64,000 nucleotides of DNA from Octopus vulgaris (Eukaryota), in the NCBI GenBank assembly GCA_951406725.2, contig OX597825.1, positions 26,846,001 to 26,910,000 of the forward strand. Reading direction: 5' to 3'. This document shows positions 40,446-54,400 of the stretch, in pieces (position 1 is the first letter of the stretch; each line of letters opens with the position of its first letter). Position numbers and translations under genes: made by a program. The notes beneath the pieces were generated by a model. It did not search any database. It was not told where the DNA came from and was given only the letters and a program-made list of their open reading frames with translations.

Positions 40446-43440
40446 GCTTATAGCATGGCTCGTATATGTTAGTGATTTGAAAATGGGAAGTCTATGATTT
40501 AACGCTACACATCACTGCACATAATTGCAACAACTCTCCTAAAAGACTAACTCTTCTAAAACACTCACTGCAATAACTATACTAGAACATTAACTCCAAG
40601 AACTCCCTTAAAATATTAGATATAAGCTTATAAGTATATTTAGCATATTTAGGGCCGCTATTGATAATGTACAGAGATAAATTTTGACTTAATTCCAGGA
40701 GGTTAGATGTCTTTGGTTCTGTTATTAGTCTCTCAAATATATAAAATACAAGGATGAAATTAACAACGAATAAAAATACAACATAGGCATCAAAATAGAG
40801 ACTGGAATTTAAAAATCAACTTAAAAATTAAATAAATTACGAATCAATGTAAGTACTCCAACATTGATTACGGTAGGTATGTCTTCATAAAATGGAAACA
40901 AAGACAATATATAAAATTATATATATGCATAATAATTAATTAAGATATAAGCAATTAAACGAACGCAGCTTCAAGTATTGGACTAATTAAAGATGTGATT
41001 TGCTTTAAAGAATAGATTAGTGGGAAATTACTTTCCAAAATTAATCTCCAAAAATAATGCTAGGAGGCATTTTTAATATTGCACATTCCAATACAGAAGG
41101 AGAGGCGATTCCAATTAATGGTAAAGAGGAAATCTTTCGGAAACAATTTCGTAAAACTATATGAATCCAACGAATCATCGCTTAATTATATATCGGTTTG
41201 GTTGCAAAATCTATTATCCAGATGCTTTTGAGTAGAATATTTTTTGTCAGAATTGTCATCATCAGAAATTTTGGCATTTTTTTTTGTTGCCAGCAGATAC
41301 TGAATATTAGAGTTCACAACAACTTTGAATAATGTGGAACAAATATTTCTTACATGAAAATTTTGGATCTGAAGCAAAGAAAGACCTTTTAATAATTTAA
41401 CATAAATATAACATTGTTGTCTAAAATATCAACTGAAGCCTGTACGTTATGGTTCACCTGTGAAATGTATTCATAAAATACACAGGGTTGAATATTATAA
41501 GAACATAACTTGAGTGAAACAAGTTATATTCTAATATAGACAACAAGAAGTATGTATTGCTAAAATGCCTTAAATTCATAAATATGTTGATATCACGTTT
41601 AACATCTTCACACAATGAAATAGTAATATAAATATTAGCATTCACACCAGCAATCCTGCATTGAACAAATAATACATCTGGTAATGCTGTATGATGGGAG
41701 AGTAATGAAAACATATATAGGGGGATATACAAAGGGACGGGCAGTATATTCACTTCATTGAAAATATAAAGTTATGTAAACTAGTCAGTAATAGACAATA
41801 TTTTGACAAACATACAAACTAGTCTTTGTTTTGATGTGAAAACAGCTGGAAACGCTCTATCACGTAGTTTTTCGACATCAGAAGCAGTAAAATTATAATT
41901 CCAACAGGTAAGAAGAAAATTATATTGTAGGTAATTGAAGAACATAAATTGAAAAACGTAAATAAAGCTATGTCGACCATACCATATACAGATTTAGCTA
42001 ATCAGTGTAAATATACGGTTTTGCTGTTATGGAAGTAGAAAGCTGATGGATTTGACATTTAGCTTACATTATTTGAAAATCTCAGACCTAACATATTTTG
42101 CGGTCACGTATTTGGGGGTACACCTGGATTTCATGAAACTGTTTAGGAGTAGTTAGTAACCTTTTTGTCTAAGTTTACAAAATGAATTGTGATTAACATG
42201 CTAGTATTTTCAGATTGCTCATCATAATATCAGGAGTTTCGATGGTAAAAATAAGAGTGCAGTGTGATTTCACTACAAAATGTTTCTAGTAATAAACATC
42301 AAAAGAGACTGAAATAAAATAGGTATATTTATAGTCGCTGTTAAAATAATATAAAAAATTAACTAAGTGTTGTTACATAGACAATAAATCCACTAAATAT
42401 ACGTCACACAACAGTCATGAACAAAAGCTAAATCTTTTTAGGTAAAGAGTATTTTAAATAATTTTTCCATGCGAAAACACATTTTCGCAGATAGTCATCC
42501 TCACAAAAGGAAAGGTAAAAATGATTACATTTGTTTAATAGTTTCGATTTCTAAAATATTTGCTTTAAAATGTAAGGTACTATCTATATAACATTCACTT
42601 TTTGGGGAGACAACAACAGAACAGCATATAGAAAATGTACCCAATATCACTTTTCAAACGATTTGAAAAATCTAGGCCATTATTTTTTCAAAAACAAAAG
42701 AAGAAAGCAATAACAGTGACCAGTAGTATATAAAGAGAGAGAGAGGGGGAGGGACGGAGGGAGAGGGAACCATACATAATTAATTAATATACCAACAAAA
42801 ATCACAACCTGTGTTTATTATAACAAGCTCTATCTACACGTTCTCCGGCTCAATTTGACGATTTCCTACTTACCTTTTTTTCAACAAGAGCAACTTGATA
42901 TATTCGTGAATAGGACCTTACGTTCAGTTCAGACAGTTATATGTAACTGGTGGAGCCTGTGGACAGGGTTGCTCCTGGAAAGCAATATGTATTACAACAG
43001 GATTCATCTGCTTTCCATCCCTCCGGATAGAGTCAGGATTTTTTTATGAGAATTTCTACTTCGCCAGCCCCAATTTCGGACCTCTTCGTTCCCCGATTTT
43101 TAATACCATGGATTACTACAAGTTGGCTGCTGTTGACTAAGATACGAACCGCACTAACCCCAACACCAAAACTGACCTGGATGGATAAGATGAAAGAGCT
43201 TCCATATCATCTTGGTGATATGGGGAAAGCTGAAAGAGGCTACTTTGAGTAAGCTGTTATTGCCAGCCATAATCGGGTTGAATGACCTTCATATTTTAGA
43301 GTACTTTCATTGTCCCATGGGCTATTGCATACTCATATTACGCGCGAAAGCCCAGTACATGTTTAGTACTTGTTTTGTAGAATATTCCGAAGTAGGAAAG
43401 GTGTATCTATGAAAAAAATGACTTCTTTTATTACAAAAAA

Positions 43441-43457
43441 CAATAATAATAATAATG

Positions 43458-43551
<94 letters not shown>
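43441..43551. repeat. (AAT)n microsatellite
   Basis: Direct reading. Confidence 0.99.
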
Positions 43552-43554
43552 GCA

Positions 43555-43945
43555 AATACATGGTAGGACCAATCTTCAGAAAAAGCTACTGAGAACGAAG
43601 ATTGTAAAACCCTGTCGGATGCAATGATTAAGATTGACCATCAGATTAGACATCGAAAACTTGATATTATTGTGAGAACGAAAAAGAAACCTCTTCCATG
43701 ATGATCGACCTGCCATGTCTCGGTAACAACAGAATCAAAGAGAAAGAAGTAAAAGACTACAACCATGACAAATTGAAGAGGGAAATACGGATGATGTGTG
43801 TAATGAAGTGAGTGGGCGTGATGCCAGAAGTAACTTGGAAGTATCAGCACTCAACTACATACATGTATAAAAAGAGCTGGTACAGATGTAAGATAGAAGA
43901 CCTAAAAAATCATCATTACTTGGAAATATAAGCAGAAATGATTGT
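43555..43945 (+). pseudogene. Decayed endonuclease-domain fragment of an R4/Dong-like element, directly after (AAT)n
   Basis: Fragments ATENEDCKTLSDAMIKIDHQIRHRKLDIIV, MIDLPCLGNNRIKEKE, DKLKREIRMM, LKKSSLLG parallel the C-terminus of the 3..1917 protein. Confidence 0.75.
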
Positions 43946-44278
43946 TTATCCTCAACTAGGGTTTGCTATCTGATTAGATGCCTATTTCGGGCTGTTACAC
44001 CGTGACAATCTCGCATAAGCATATTGATATAACAACACACATAGGGGACATGCACACTCAGGTATAACTACTTATATAGACAATCACGTTCGTGAGGATA
44101 TTGAGGGGGAATCAGTACAAAATATGAGCCACAAAATATGCAGTTTGCGCATAGTTAGTCGAATAGGGTCGAGAAAGTTTCTGTCAGCATATTCGCCAAA
44201 AGCTTCGGTTGTATATTGCAAGATTTACTGTGAACTATAATTTGAAACGTTTCTAAACCGAATTCATATTTACATGCA

Positions 44279-44518
44279 TAGACGGTTGGCCAAAATTCAC
44301 CCGAAGGTAAATCAAAATATCATAAATACTTAATATTTAATTTTATTTATTCATACCAATTATGAATGTTTAATAATCGAATACTGTGAGTTAAAATCAC
44401 CGTTTGATTCCAACATTTGTTTATTTATTAGCGAAGCCTCATATAAAATAAATGTTTGTTTTAATCTTGGAATTAAATGGTTTGACTTACTGTCAGGTGA
44501 CTTTTGGCCAACCTTGTA
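44279..44518. mobile_element. Tc1/mariner-type MITE
   Basis: TA-flanked imperfect TIRs tagacggttggccaaaattcacccg / caggtgacttttggccaaccttgta. Confidence 0.85.
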
Positions 44519-45119
44519 TGTGGATATATATATATTAATAGACCTCTTTCTGAAGCCCAGACACATATACGCCTGTACATAAATAACTGCAGCATCGCCA
44601 AGTGGTTAGCACTCTGCTTCAACACGAGATCATATTTTCCATTTCCCTGCATACATAGAAGAAAAAATAATGAAGACCTAAGTAATAGAAACTGTAAAAA
44701 CAGAGTGCGTAAAGACGGAAATATGAAAGCGAAAATACCTGCTGCATGACGTTACGGTTAGAATCTATTTTATATAGATCCAGATTTAACTTTATATCAC
44801 AGGTTAAGTTGTGGTGATATCAACCGAGTCGAAGCACTTTAGGTCAATTGTAGCAGAATTTGAAGGCCCACCACATGGGGATCCATTGAATCTGACTGAC
44901 TTTTAAAATAATTATAAACGGACTGAGAGACATTCACCTATTTAAACTCGGACACACACACAAACACGCACACATATGGATCTATGCATATATGTATATG
45001 ATGGACTCCCCCGTCGTTAGACCACGTATGAGGGTTCGACAACTTCTTAGCGAATAACCACACAGATGATTTGTTTATAGTAATAAAGGTTTTCTGTACA
45101 CATAAGCTCACTACCTCCA

Positions 45120-45300
45120 TCAAATGGACATTACCTGTACAGATACAATGACTGCCACATGTCAGATGCCGAAAGGATCGCTGAGCAACATGAAGTGCAG
45201 TGCTTTGTTCAAGAAAAAAACTTAGCGCTCGGTCTGATAATTGAACCCACGACCACGCGATCGTGACTGCAACAATTTAACCACTGAGTCATGCGCCCAC
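45120..45300 (-). mobile_element. Decayed family C-like SINE
   Basis: Minus-strand head TGACTCAGTGGTT..GGTTCAATT, then TTGAACAAAGCACT..CATGTTGCTC as in 9301-9531. Confidence 0.7.
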
Positions 45301-45397
45301 ATACACACATGCACGCGCACTCACACACACACATATATACATACATATGTTTCATATGTATATATATATATGTACATATATATATATGTAAAGGCAT

Positions 45398-45628
45398 AAG
45401 GCGGCGAGCTGGCAGAGACGTTAGCACGCCGGGCGAAGTGCTTCGCGGTATTTCGCCCGTCGCTACTTTCTGAGTTCAAATTCCGCCGAGGTCGACTTTG
45501 CCTTTCATCCTTTCGGGGTCGATAAATTAAGTACCACTTACGCACTGGGGCCGATGTAATCGACTTAATCCGTTTGTCTGTCCTTGTTTGTCCCCTCTAT
45601 GTTTAGCCCCTTGCGGGTAGTAAAGAAA
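45398..45628 (+). mobile_element. Family A SINE (tail type 2), full length
   Basis: GGCGGCGAGCTGGCAGAGACGTTAGC..GAGTTCAAATTCC..CCTTTCATCCTTTCGGGGTCGATAAATTAAGTACC. Confidence 0.95.
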
Positions 45629-45691
45629 CATATATGTACATATATGTATATACGTGTGTTTGTATGCGTCTGCATCTGTGTTGTGTGTATG

Positions 45692-45723
<32 letters not shown>

Positions 45724-46266
45724 TATGCTTGTGTACGTATTCGCATATATATGTGATATATGTGTGTATACATGCGTGTGTATACATGATTACGCTGTAT
45801 GTTTCCATTTGTCGCACTTTGTAATAAACCTGATACATACTAAACCAAAAATTGACAAAAATACATCATAAAGTAATAATGAATTGGTTTCTTAACTGCG
45901 TCCAGTACATAACTGCAGTATCGTACATAGTGAATATCATCAAGTAATTCACTTCAATTTATGGCAATGAAAAATATTTTAAAATATTTCGTTTCATTTG
46001 GTCTGTATAGTTACGTCAGTGAACTTTTTTAAAGCCAAGATTATCAAGTGATTTATTGTCACACAACCATACATGCCCACAAACACACAGCTATATATGT
46101 GCGTGTCTGTATGTCTGGGTGTCTGGGTGTATATGTGTGCATGTGTTTGTGTGTATTTATATTAAATAAATTTATATGCAGTCATAATTGTATGTAAAGT
46201 AATTTCTGCAGGATTACGTATGCATATAGAAATACACATATAACTACACGCACGCTGAAAGATGCA

Positions 46267-46322
<56 letters not shown>

Positions 46323-46422
46323 TATATAAACATACTTCTTCATATGTGCATATGTATATACATGATAGTAAACATGAATAAACACACATATGTATATATG
46401 AATATGTACGTATATATATATA

Positions 46423-46473
<51 letters not shown>

Positions 46474-47128
46474 GTGTATGTGTGTGTATATATATCTATT
46501 ATTTAATATAAATAAATATATATATACACATATATTCACACCGGCACACACACACTCACACACATATATACGTACATACATATATGTACTGATGCTTAGT
46601 TTTAAAGTTCTACTTTATTATTCTTATCTTCATTTCCTTTAAATCTTTCTCTATTTACTGTGATACATTTAGAACATTACCAACATATTTTTCTATACTA
46701 CTTAAGTTTATTCCTTTCTGTCAAACATATTTTATATTCGCTACAATCTTCACATTTTGAATCGTTATTGCATCTATAATTTTTCTCTAGGAATTTTACC
46801 TCATGCCATATATCATATTACTATTTGAACACGTCTATATACTTATTGCCTATCAATCATGTGAATACAGAAAGTATCCAGTCCATCCGTGGGGACGATA
46901 TATTATGACTGGAATCATACATCAAGTTTAGACAAATAAACAATCACACGGTCACAATAATAGTATGTCTATTAATGTTGTCATTAATTCCAAACTCTGT
47001 GAGATGAGGTAATAGGAAGTAGCAGCGTTGTTATATTTATAGCAATATTGCCATACCTACAGCCGTCATAGCCATCAAATAATTTTACATGTTTTTAGCT
47101 ACCGGCTTAACTTTATATTTTATATATC

Positions 47129-47358
47129 CATTTCTTTATTACCCACAAGGGGCTAAAGACAGAGGAGACAAACAAGGACAGACATAGGTATTAAGTCGAT
47201 TACATCGACCCCAGTGCGTAACTGGTACTTAATTTATCGACCCCGAAAGGATGAAAGGCAAAGTCGACCTCGGCGGAATTTGAACTCAGAACGTATCGAC
47301 AGACGAAATACGGCTACGCATTTCGCCCGGCGTGCTAACGTTTCTGCCAGCTCGCCTT
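47129..47358 (-). mobile_element. Family A SINE (tail type 2) with 12 bp TSD
   Basis: TSD attttatatatc at 47117-47128 and 47361-47372. Confidence 0.95.
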
Positions 47359-47373
47359 ACATTTTATATATCA

Positions 47374-47980
47374 CTAGCAGTATTGCCCGGCTCAACGGGG
47401 ACTTCAGGGGAGAATTTCAGGGAGTCGCTGGTGATGTATCGTGATGATCAAAAATCCGGCCTGCTAAAATTTGGTTAAAGTGATTCAAACTGCAGATTCA
47501 ACGCAAAATGGTCACATTTAATTCAAAGCGTTAAAAATGTTATGAAAACAATTGGCATGTGTTTACAAAGTCCAAACGATTAATACGAAAAAACCCTCCA
47601 GGCTACATCCCGAAAATTCATTCCTTTGCCGAATTTCTACAATGTTTACGGCGATTCGTTTTAATACCTTGATTTTTTTATTTTTCGTGCAATTTACGCA
47701 TGCTTGCACGCGTGGTGAACTCAGTTCACGTCAAACATCCGACTGAGTAAAGTTCACTATTCAATGCATGGGATAAGGCCTAAACAAAGACATTAACGAT
47801 TTTTACACTTGCCAGATGAATTTCTGAACAGAAATAGCGCAGTTCAATTTTCATTCGCCTAAACTTTAAGTGACCCATTTTTGGTGGTTCTACGATTTCT
47901 TGGCTAGGAGGAGATGTGCCAGGAAATTAAACACACAGATACACACACATACACACAAGTTGAGTTTTATATATATATAT
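47374..47980 (-). mobile_element. Non-autonomous Helitron
   Basis: 3' end CTAG (47374-47377) with subterminal hairpin cccg..cggg (47386-47399); other end ..gagttttatatatata resembles the typical TCTATATATA 5' terminus. Confidence 0.7.
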
Positions 47981-49139
47981 GTCCAAACTTCAAGACAACA
48001 CAACTAAAATCATTTGATTGCAAAATATAAAGCGTGATCCTCAAAGTTCGCACGGAATAATCGCCGATTTTTGGCACTAGGATTATTTCGTATCGTGGTG
48101 TTAATCCAACAACTGTGTAGTAGAAATTAATTCAGTTATATTTATTTAGTTGTATGAGTTTGACAACTTTCTGTTGTATCGAGAAACAAGTCATATTTTA
48201 GTTTAGACAAAAGGAAATCTGACAACATTAGTGTGTTTCATTATCAGGAATCTCACCACTAAACGAAAATTATTGACAGTAGGAAAAAATTTCGTATGTT
48301 TATGAATAATGCGAAGCTTTAGAATGGATAATTGAAAATGTAAAATAACAATCTTTATTTCAAACTTTCGAATGAAGCCATAAATTTGATTGAGGAATAG
48401 AGTTGAAAACTTCGAGATTAGTTCGTGCTTAATTTATGAAGAAAGAAACACTAATGTAGTAGACACCTAGAATCAATTTTATGATACGCACCTACATGCG
48501 CCCTTATGAATATATATACATATGTGTGCGCGTGTATGCACGAGAATGTGTGTGTGTTTGTTATGCGGATCCGGGCCAGTGTGTGTATGTACGTTCATAC
48601 TACGGGTGTGTGTGAACTATCAATTTGTGTGCGTTGCGTGTGTCCGTGGGTGTGCGTAAGTATGTTGATCCTATGGGTGTAACATGTGTGAGTGCGTGTA
48701 GGTGCGTGGAAGCGCGGGTGGGTATATTCACTGTGATGTTGACCAATGGTCATCAGTACCGACGCCGAAAATTCTCAGCTTAGCGATCAGTATTAGTTGT
48801 CAGCTAAACTTAATTTTCACCCCTCTCAGTTAACTATTCATCATCGCTATGCCTTTCCCCTTAACGATAGTGCTCCTTTCCTCCTCCGCTCTAACCTCTG
48901 TCCACTTTTTCCCGCCTTTCCTATCTGACTCCTCTTTCTTCCTTCTCTTTTTTTCGACATTCCCCTCAAACACATGCGGCACCCACTCTTACATATTTGA
49001 CCATATCCTTTAAATATTTCTTAACACTTTTATGTTAACGGATTTAAAAAATATTTATACTTCTGAGTTAGCATTTCATTTCAGTTCACATCAGTGGTGA
49101 GTTAATTTGGAACTTCCAAACGACACTGTTAGCCTCATT

Positions 49140-50285
49140 TATGTAAAATACATTCAATTGAACCAGCGGTAAATAGAAACTTAAGCCAATGGTTTGATTT
49201 GCAAACTCACTCTAAACTACTACTACAAACGAAAAATACTTTACAGCACAAACGTTACGTGAAATGTTTTGCGATTCTAGGACAGAATTTTATCTTTTAT
49301 TTTTGCATCCAATTTTCAATCAAGTTCAGGAAATGAATAAACTGTTAGAGTCAAACTATTTCGACAACGAAAAAATACTTTCAAATTTGATCAAATCTTT
49401 TGCTAATATGATAGTGTTGCCAACATGTAGAATTAATCCTCTTGATCTGGATGCTTCTATTGAAACATTTCTGGATTCTAAACCAAGTTTAGGCTATAGG
49501 TTCGAAAGAAAGATAGAAATGATTATCAAGAAGACTGTAAAAGTCACCGAAAAAATTACTATTCGCAAAAGAGCACCAGAACTTTTACTCAGCCTTTACT
49601 GAGGAATATCAAATGTTTTTCCGTAGATAATATTTTGCAATATTTCAAGGAGCCAATTTTACTTGTGTTAGAAGCAATGCATTTAAATTATGAAAAAAAT
49701 TGCTACAACTGAAATTCAGTTTAATAGCATTCATTTGGTTAAATTGACAAATACGTCTAATATTGAAGCATCCTGGCTGGAAGTCTTGAAATATAAAGAT
49801 GCTACTGGAGGAAATCCCTTTAAAGATGTTGCAGATTTCGCCATTAATCCATTGACATTGACAAACTCAAATGCAGAATTTGAACGACTGTTCAGCAGTA
49901 TAGGTATAATCAAATCAAACTTGAAAAACAAAATGCATCTTCCTATGCTTAGATCAAATGTCTATAAAATATGGCCTGAAAATATATGGCAAATGTTGCA
50001 AAATCTTCGATATTCAAAGAAACATAATCAACAACATTGGGACCATGGATGTATACAGAAGTCAAGACCTAGGCGCTGCAGTTTTCGAATCATTGAACTT
50101 CAAGAAATTATTTCTCAGTGCTGAATATAATTAAAGAAAGTAAATATAAAATGTACATACAAATTATGCTTTTTGATATAATTAGTCTTTAGCATATTTT
50201 CGTCAAATTTAGTCTTTTAAGCATATTTTGGTATTTTTTCTACTGAAATTTAGCATAAGATTCTGACTTTAAGTTCGAAACACTG
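49140..50285 (+). mobile_element. 5'-truncated decayed hAT transposon (transposase C-terminus and right end)
   Basis: SIEPAVNRNLSQWFDLQTH; hAT dimerisation motif W..GGNPFKDVADFAIN..SNAEFERLFSSIGIIKSNLKNKM; subterminal tttagcat repeats; terminus aaacactg (CAGTGTTT). Confidence 0.88.
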
Positions 50286-51027
50286 ATAACAACTCAATGT
50301 AACATAAATAATAAAGTCAAATCGAATAAATTTTCAGATGAAATTAAAACTGAGAAAACGTTATCTAAAGGAATAAATCGTAAGAGAGAATTTGGTGGAA
50401 ATGAATTTAATTCTAAAATCAATGACAAAATTGAAACTAAATCTGGCGGAAATATAAAAGGCTATCTTTGTAATTGATCTCACCGGGAACCATGTTAAGT
50501 GTAAATAAGTGTAAAACTAAAATAAAATTCATATATAGATGTATAGTTGCATCGGAGGGTAAGGTATTCCTTTACACCGGTAGGACATCCTTAATGTTCA
50601 AGAGGAGATAGGTTAATCATCTCAGTTACTTTAAGAACAAAACTAAATAGTTCCAAATGAGTCTTAGCTAATTAATTGTGTCTTTTAATGGCAGTAAAAT
50701 GAACTATACGTTGAAATGGGAGTTAATTTTTTCTGTAAAATCATACAGATCTGGAGCCAATAATGTGACCTATGTTTCGAAGAATTTTACAGGATTTTAA
50801 CATCCAAGAGCAACGTAATAAATTCTATACAGGAGCAAGCATTGAAATATTTACATTTGCCAAATATAAATGAGTAATTATCATTTAATCTTTACAAGGA
50901 TTTGAAATGATAGACTTAAGAACTTGAAATAGAGATTGTTCGCGTCTGACTTAATAACAACTCTACATTATACAACCCTCAGTTTATAAAAGGAAATCAT
51001 TAAATGGCCATACCGAGGGATATCAAG

Positions 51028-51118
51028 TTGAGACTCTGAAGAGACCTCGCCGTTTTATACTAGCGTTGCAACTGCAACTATTACTAATCGGTGCAATTGA
51101 AACATGTGTTGGTCTTAA
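51028..51118 (+). ncRNA. Decayed type I hammerhead-like motif
   Basis: ttgagact-CTGAAGA...GAAAC-ATGT-GTT-ggtcttaa; 8 bp stem I with two G-U pairs; stem II not intact. Confidence 0.4.
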
Positions 51119-51241
51119 AAGGCAGTGTATAATTATAATATTAAAGGTAACATTATTGCCACTTCGAAGAAATCCTTATTTTTAATACGGTCTACATATA
51201 CAAATATACAGGCACAGACACAGACACAGCCCCCCCCCCAC

Positions 51242-51272
<31 letters not shown>

Positions 51273-51397
51273 CGTATGTATATATAAATGCTTATACTTA
51301 AATACGCGTATATATACGTGTCTAAGTGTGTATATATATATATATATATATACATGTAAGTATGTGTGCGCGCGTGGGCACGTCCCACCGCACATAC

Positions 51398-51449
<52 letters not shown>

Positions 51450-54400
51450 ATTTATGCATACATGTGTTTATGCGTGTGTGCGTGCGTGTGTGTACTCATT
51501 TAAAAGACTCAAAAACGGTACATCAGATCAGATTTTGGACTCAGTATTTAAATAGTACAGAATCAAAAGACGGACTACAAATTTTGTTATGCCATACCCA
51601 CTAAAATAAGTGTTTCTAAATTATTAAATCTATTACAGAGGGCATCGCTGTAACACAATTTGTTAAAGGACCGGTATTTTTCCCTCTTTTAAATCATGTT
51701 GCGAAATTATACAAATGGAGAAAAATACGCTTTTAGCATCCGTTTATTTTCTGTCTTAATGCAATTCTCTTAGAATGTTCTTGCTCAAAATTTCGTTATT
51801 TTTCTCAATTCCTTTCAGCCGGATAATTATTAAATTTTTGAGTACACATTCGACGTTCACATAAATTTTATTTACAAGTATTTGTCCATTGTTTCCATTT
51901 GTCCATTAGCCCACACAATGACTGTACTGTATCATTGAAGTGTGAACTAGGTAGTATTTAAATAAATGGACTATTCACCACGATTATGCAATACAGCTTT
52001 TAATAAATGAATCATCACCTGAGTTTGTATATCTCGTATCTAGATGCATTCGAATTAGATGGCCCTTGATACATACTATGTAGATTAATTTTCTTTATTA
52101 GCAAGAGTGCTTCTCACTCATTTAATGAAGTGCAGGTGAAATAAATCTCGTATGATATTTTTCATTTTCACTAAATGCAAACAATTCATATTTCGAAGCA
52201 ATTATATATTGCGTTACATTCAATGTCTTGTTTTCTCTAAGTGGTAGCATGTATTAGTTTCGTATTGAGTCACAACAATCGGAAAAAAGCAAACAGAAAG
52301 GAAGGAAGGAAGGTATGAAGGTAGGAGGGAGGGATGAGGAGAATATGGAGGAGAAGGAGAGGTGGGGAGGGTCTGATGCAGTATATTGTCTTCAGAAAGA
52401 CTGAAAATTAAGTAATATTTACGCATTGATATTCCTTTACCATGAGCTGAAAATGTTAACGAAACACGGATAATGAAGAAAGGTAGAATAAATATTGAAA
52501 CTGAATATTTACACAATATTTGCACTGCTTTAACCTTAAGTAAACACGTATTTAACTACCATTCATATTAATTTTACTCTAAACTAGCGCCACCATCTTA
52601 ACTTCAATACTTTTTGAGAAAATTAATCTATGCATAATCTTATTTTTTCTCGTCAATTACTTCTTTTCGCCAAGTGATACCACACCATGTAATCCCAGTC
52701 TCTGAACTGAAGGTGTAGAATATGCTGAAACGCAATCATCTACAGATTTAGAGATAACTGGACATTAAATAGATAAAATAAATAAATTTTCTTGAATCAA
52801 TGCATACTCGGTTGTATCATCATGAAAAAGTATCGTTTTTTAGATTATTTTCTCTCTAAATTATATGCAGCACAGAGATAATCGATGTCCAATCTGATTA
52901 CATGGTAACGAGGATAAATAAAAGCAGACAAACACATGAAATCAGATAACCAGGTACACTTCATATTTAATTAACAAGTAAGGAATATTCTATGGAAAAC
53001 AAAATAGTCGTTATTTGATGTCCAATTCTTTTTACTGCAAAATATTTGTGCTATTACACATAGCAGACAGAGCGAGTACACGCAATCACTTGTCTTTCAG
53101 CTGTTACCATGAAACTTATTTTAAAAAATTTCTGGTAGGAACACTATTTCGTCTTGGAAACGTATAATAAAAATTATTGAAAAAATATAGTAAAAAATTA
53201 TTAGGCAATACTGTCTATTTTGCGTTAGAAATGCAATTTACTCACTTTTAACCCATTCATTCACGAATAACGTAAATCTTTTTTTTAAAATTTATTTATT
53301 GATTAAATTTTTAAAGAATTCAATATCCAATATACTTAATATAGCATGGATAAATAAACAATTTGCTAACATTGTCAGATTTACGAGAAGACGCAGCCAA
53401 GCTCTATGCCTTGTGAGCAAACACTGAGTCAAAACAACGTGGTCTTGGTTATACATGCGTTTTAGTGGTGTCCAATGAATTAGTAACTCTGACTCAACAT
53501 AATTATAGATTATTTTTTTCTTGTAATTTATGCTGAAATATTGTCCAATATATTGGGCAAAGTGACTAAAGGCTTTAAGTCATCTATACAGATTTTCTAT
53601 AGAATTTAAGGCAGAACTGAAAGTTATGACGTTTAATGTAACTATACGTCTAGGTTAACAATGTGGCTCAAGATAGAAAATGGTTAATGGGTGTGTATGT
53701 GCATTTCAGGAACTGTTGCTCCTTCTTCAGCATCACATCCAAACCATTATCCATCCACAAACACATTGCTATTATAGCCACTATGTTTAGTGGTATAACA
53801 CTGTTGGATAGACCAATTTACATATTAAATTCGTTCTTGGCATCTCTGACGTACATAACAATTGTTGCCAGAGCCATGTGTATTGTTTTGCAACCATGAT
53901 ATACTACCACGTATATTAGAGAGTTATCAGTCAATGTCGTGTCCTACTTTTTGTGTTAGCAGTGCGATTAAATACCTGTTAAGGTATTTCTAGAAATATT
54001 CTATAAGGTTTCGATTCAATAATGAACATTACATTTCCTGTATGAATACATCTATCTAAACAATGCGATCGAAAAATTTTTTTAAATATATAAAAGGTAC
54101 TTCTCGCGCGTAAAACAATAGAAGATGCTCGTAGAGGATCAACACCACCATGCAAGTACATACTATATCACATACTACGTCGTGTCAACTTTAAATGAAG
54201 TCCAGTTACAGCAGGCCCGTTCCATGAACCAATGAGGCCCGGTGATCACAAAGAGATGTTTTGGGAATTTCTTACAGAAGAACACACTATACGTTTCACA
54301 TGGTAGTGTGTAAATATATTAAAGCAACAGAACGTGGAAAAGGTAAAATGATGCGATATATTTGTCTCATTTGATATAAAAAAAATTCTTTAGTACCGCA

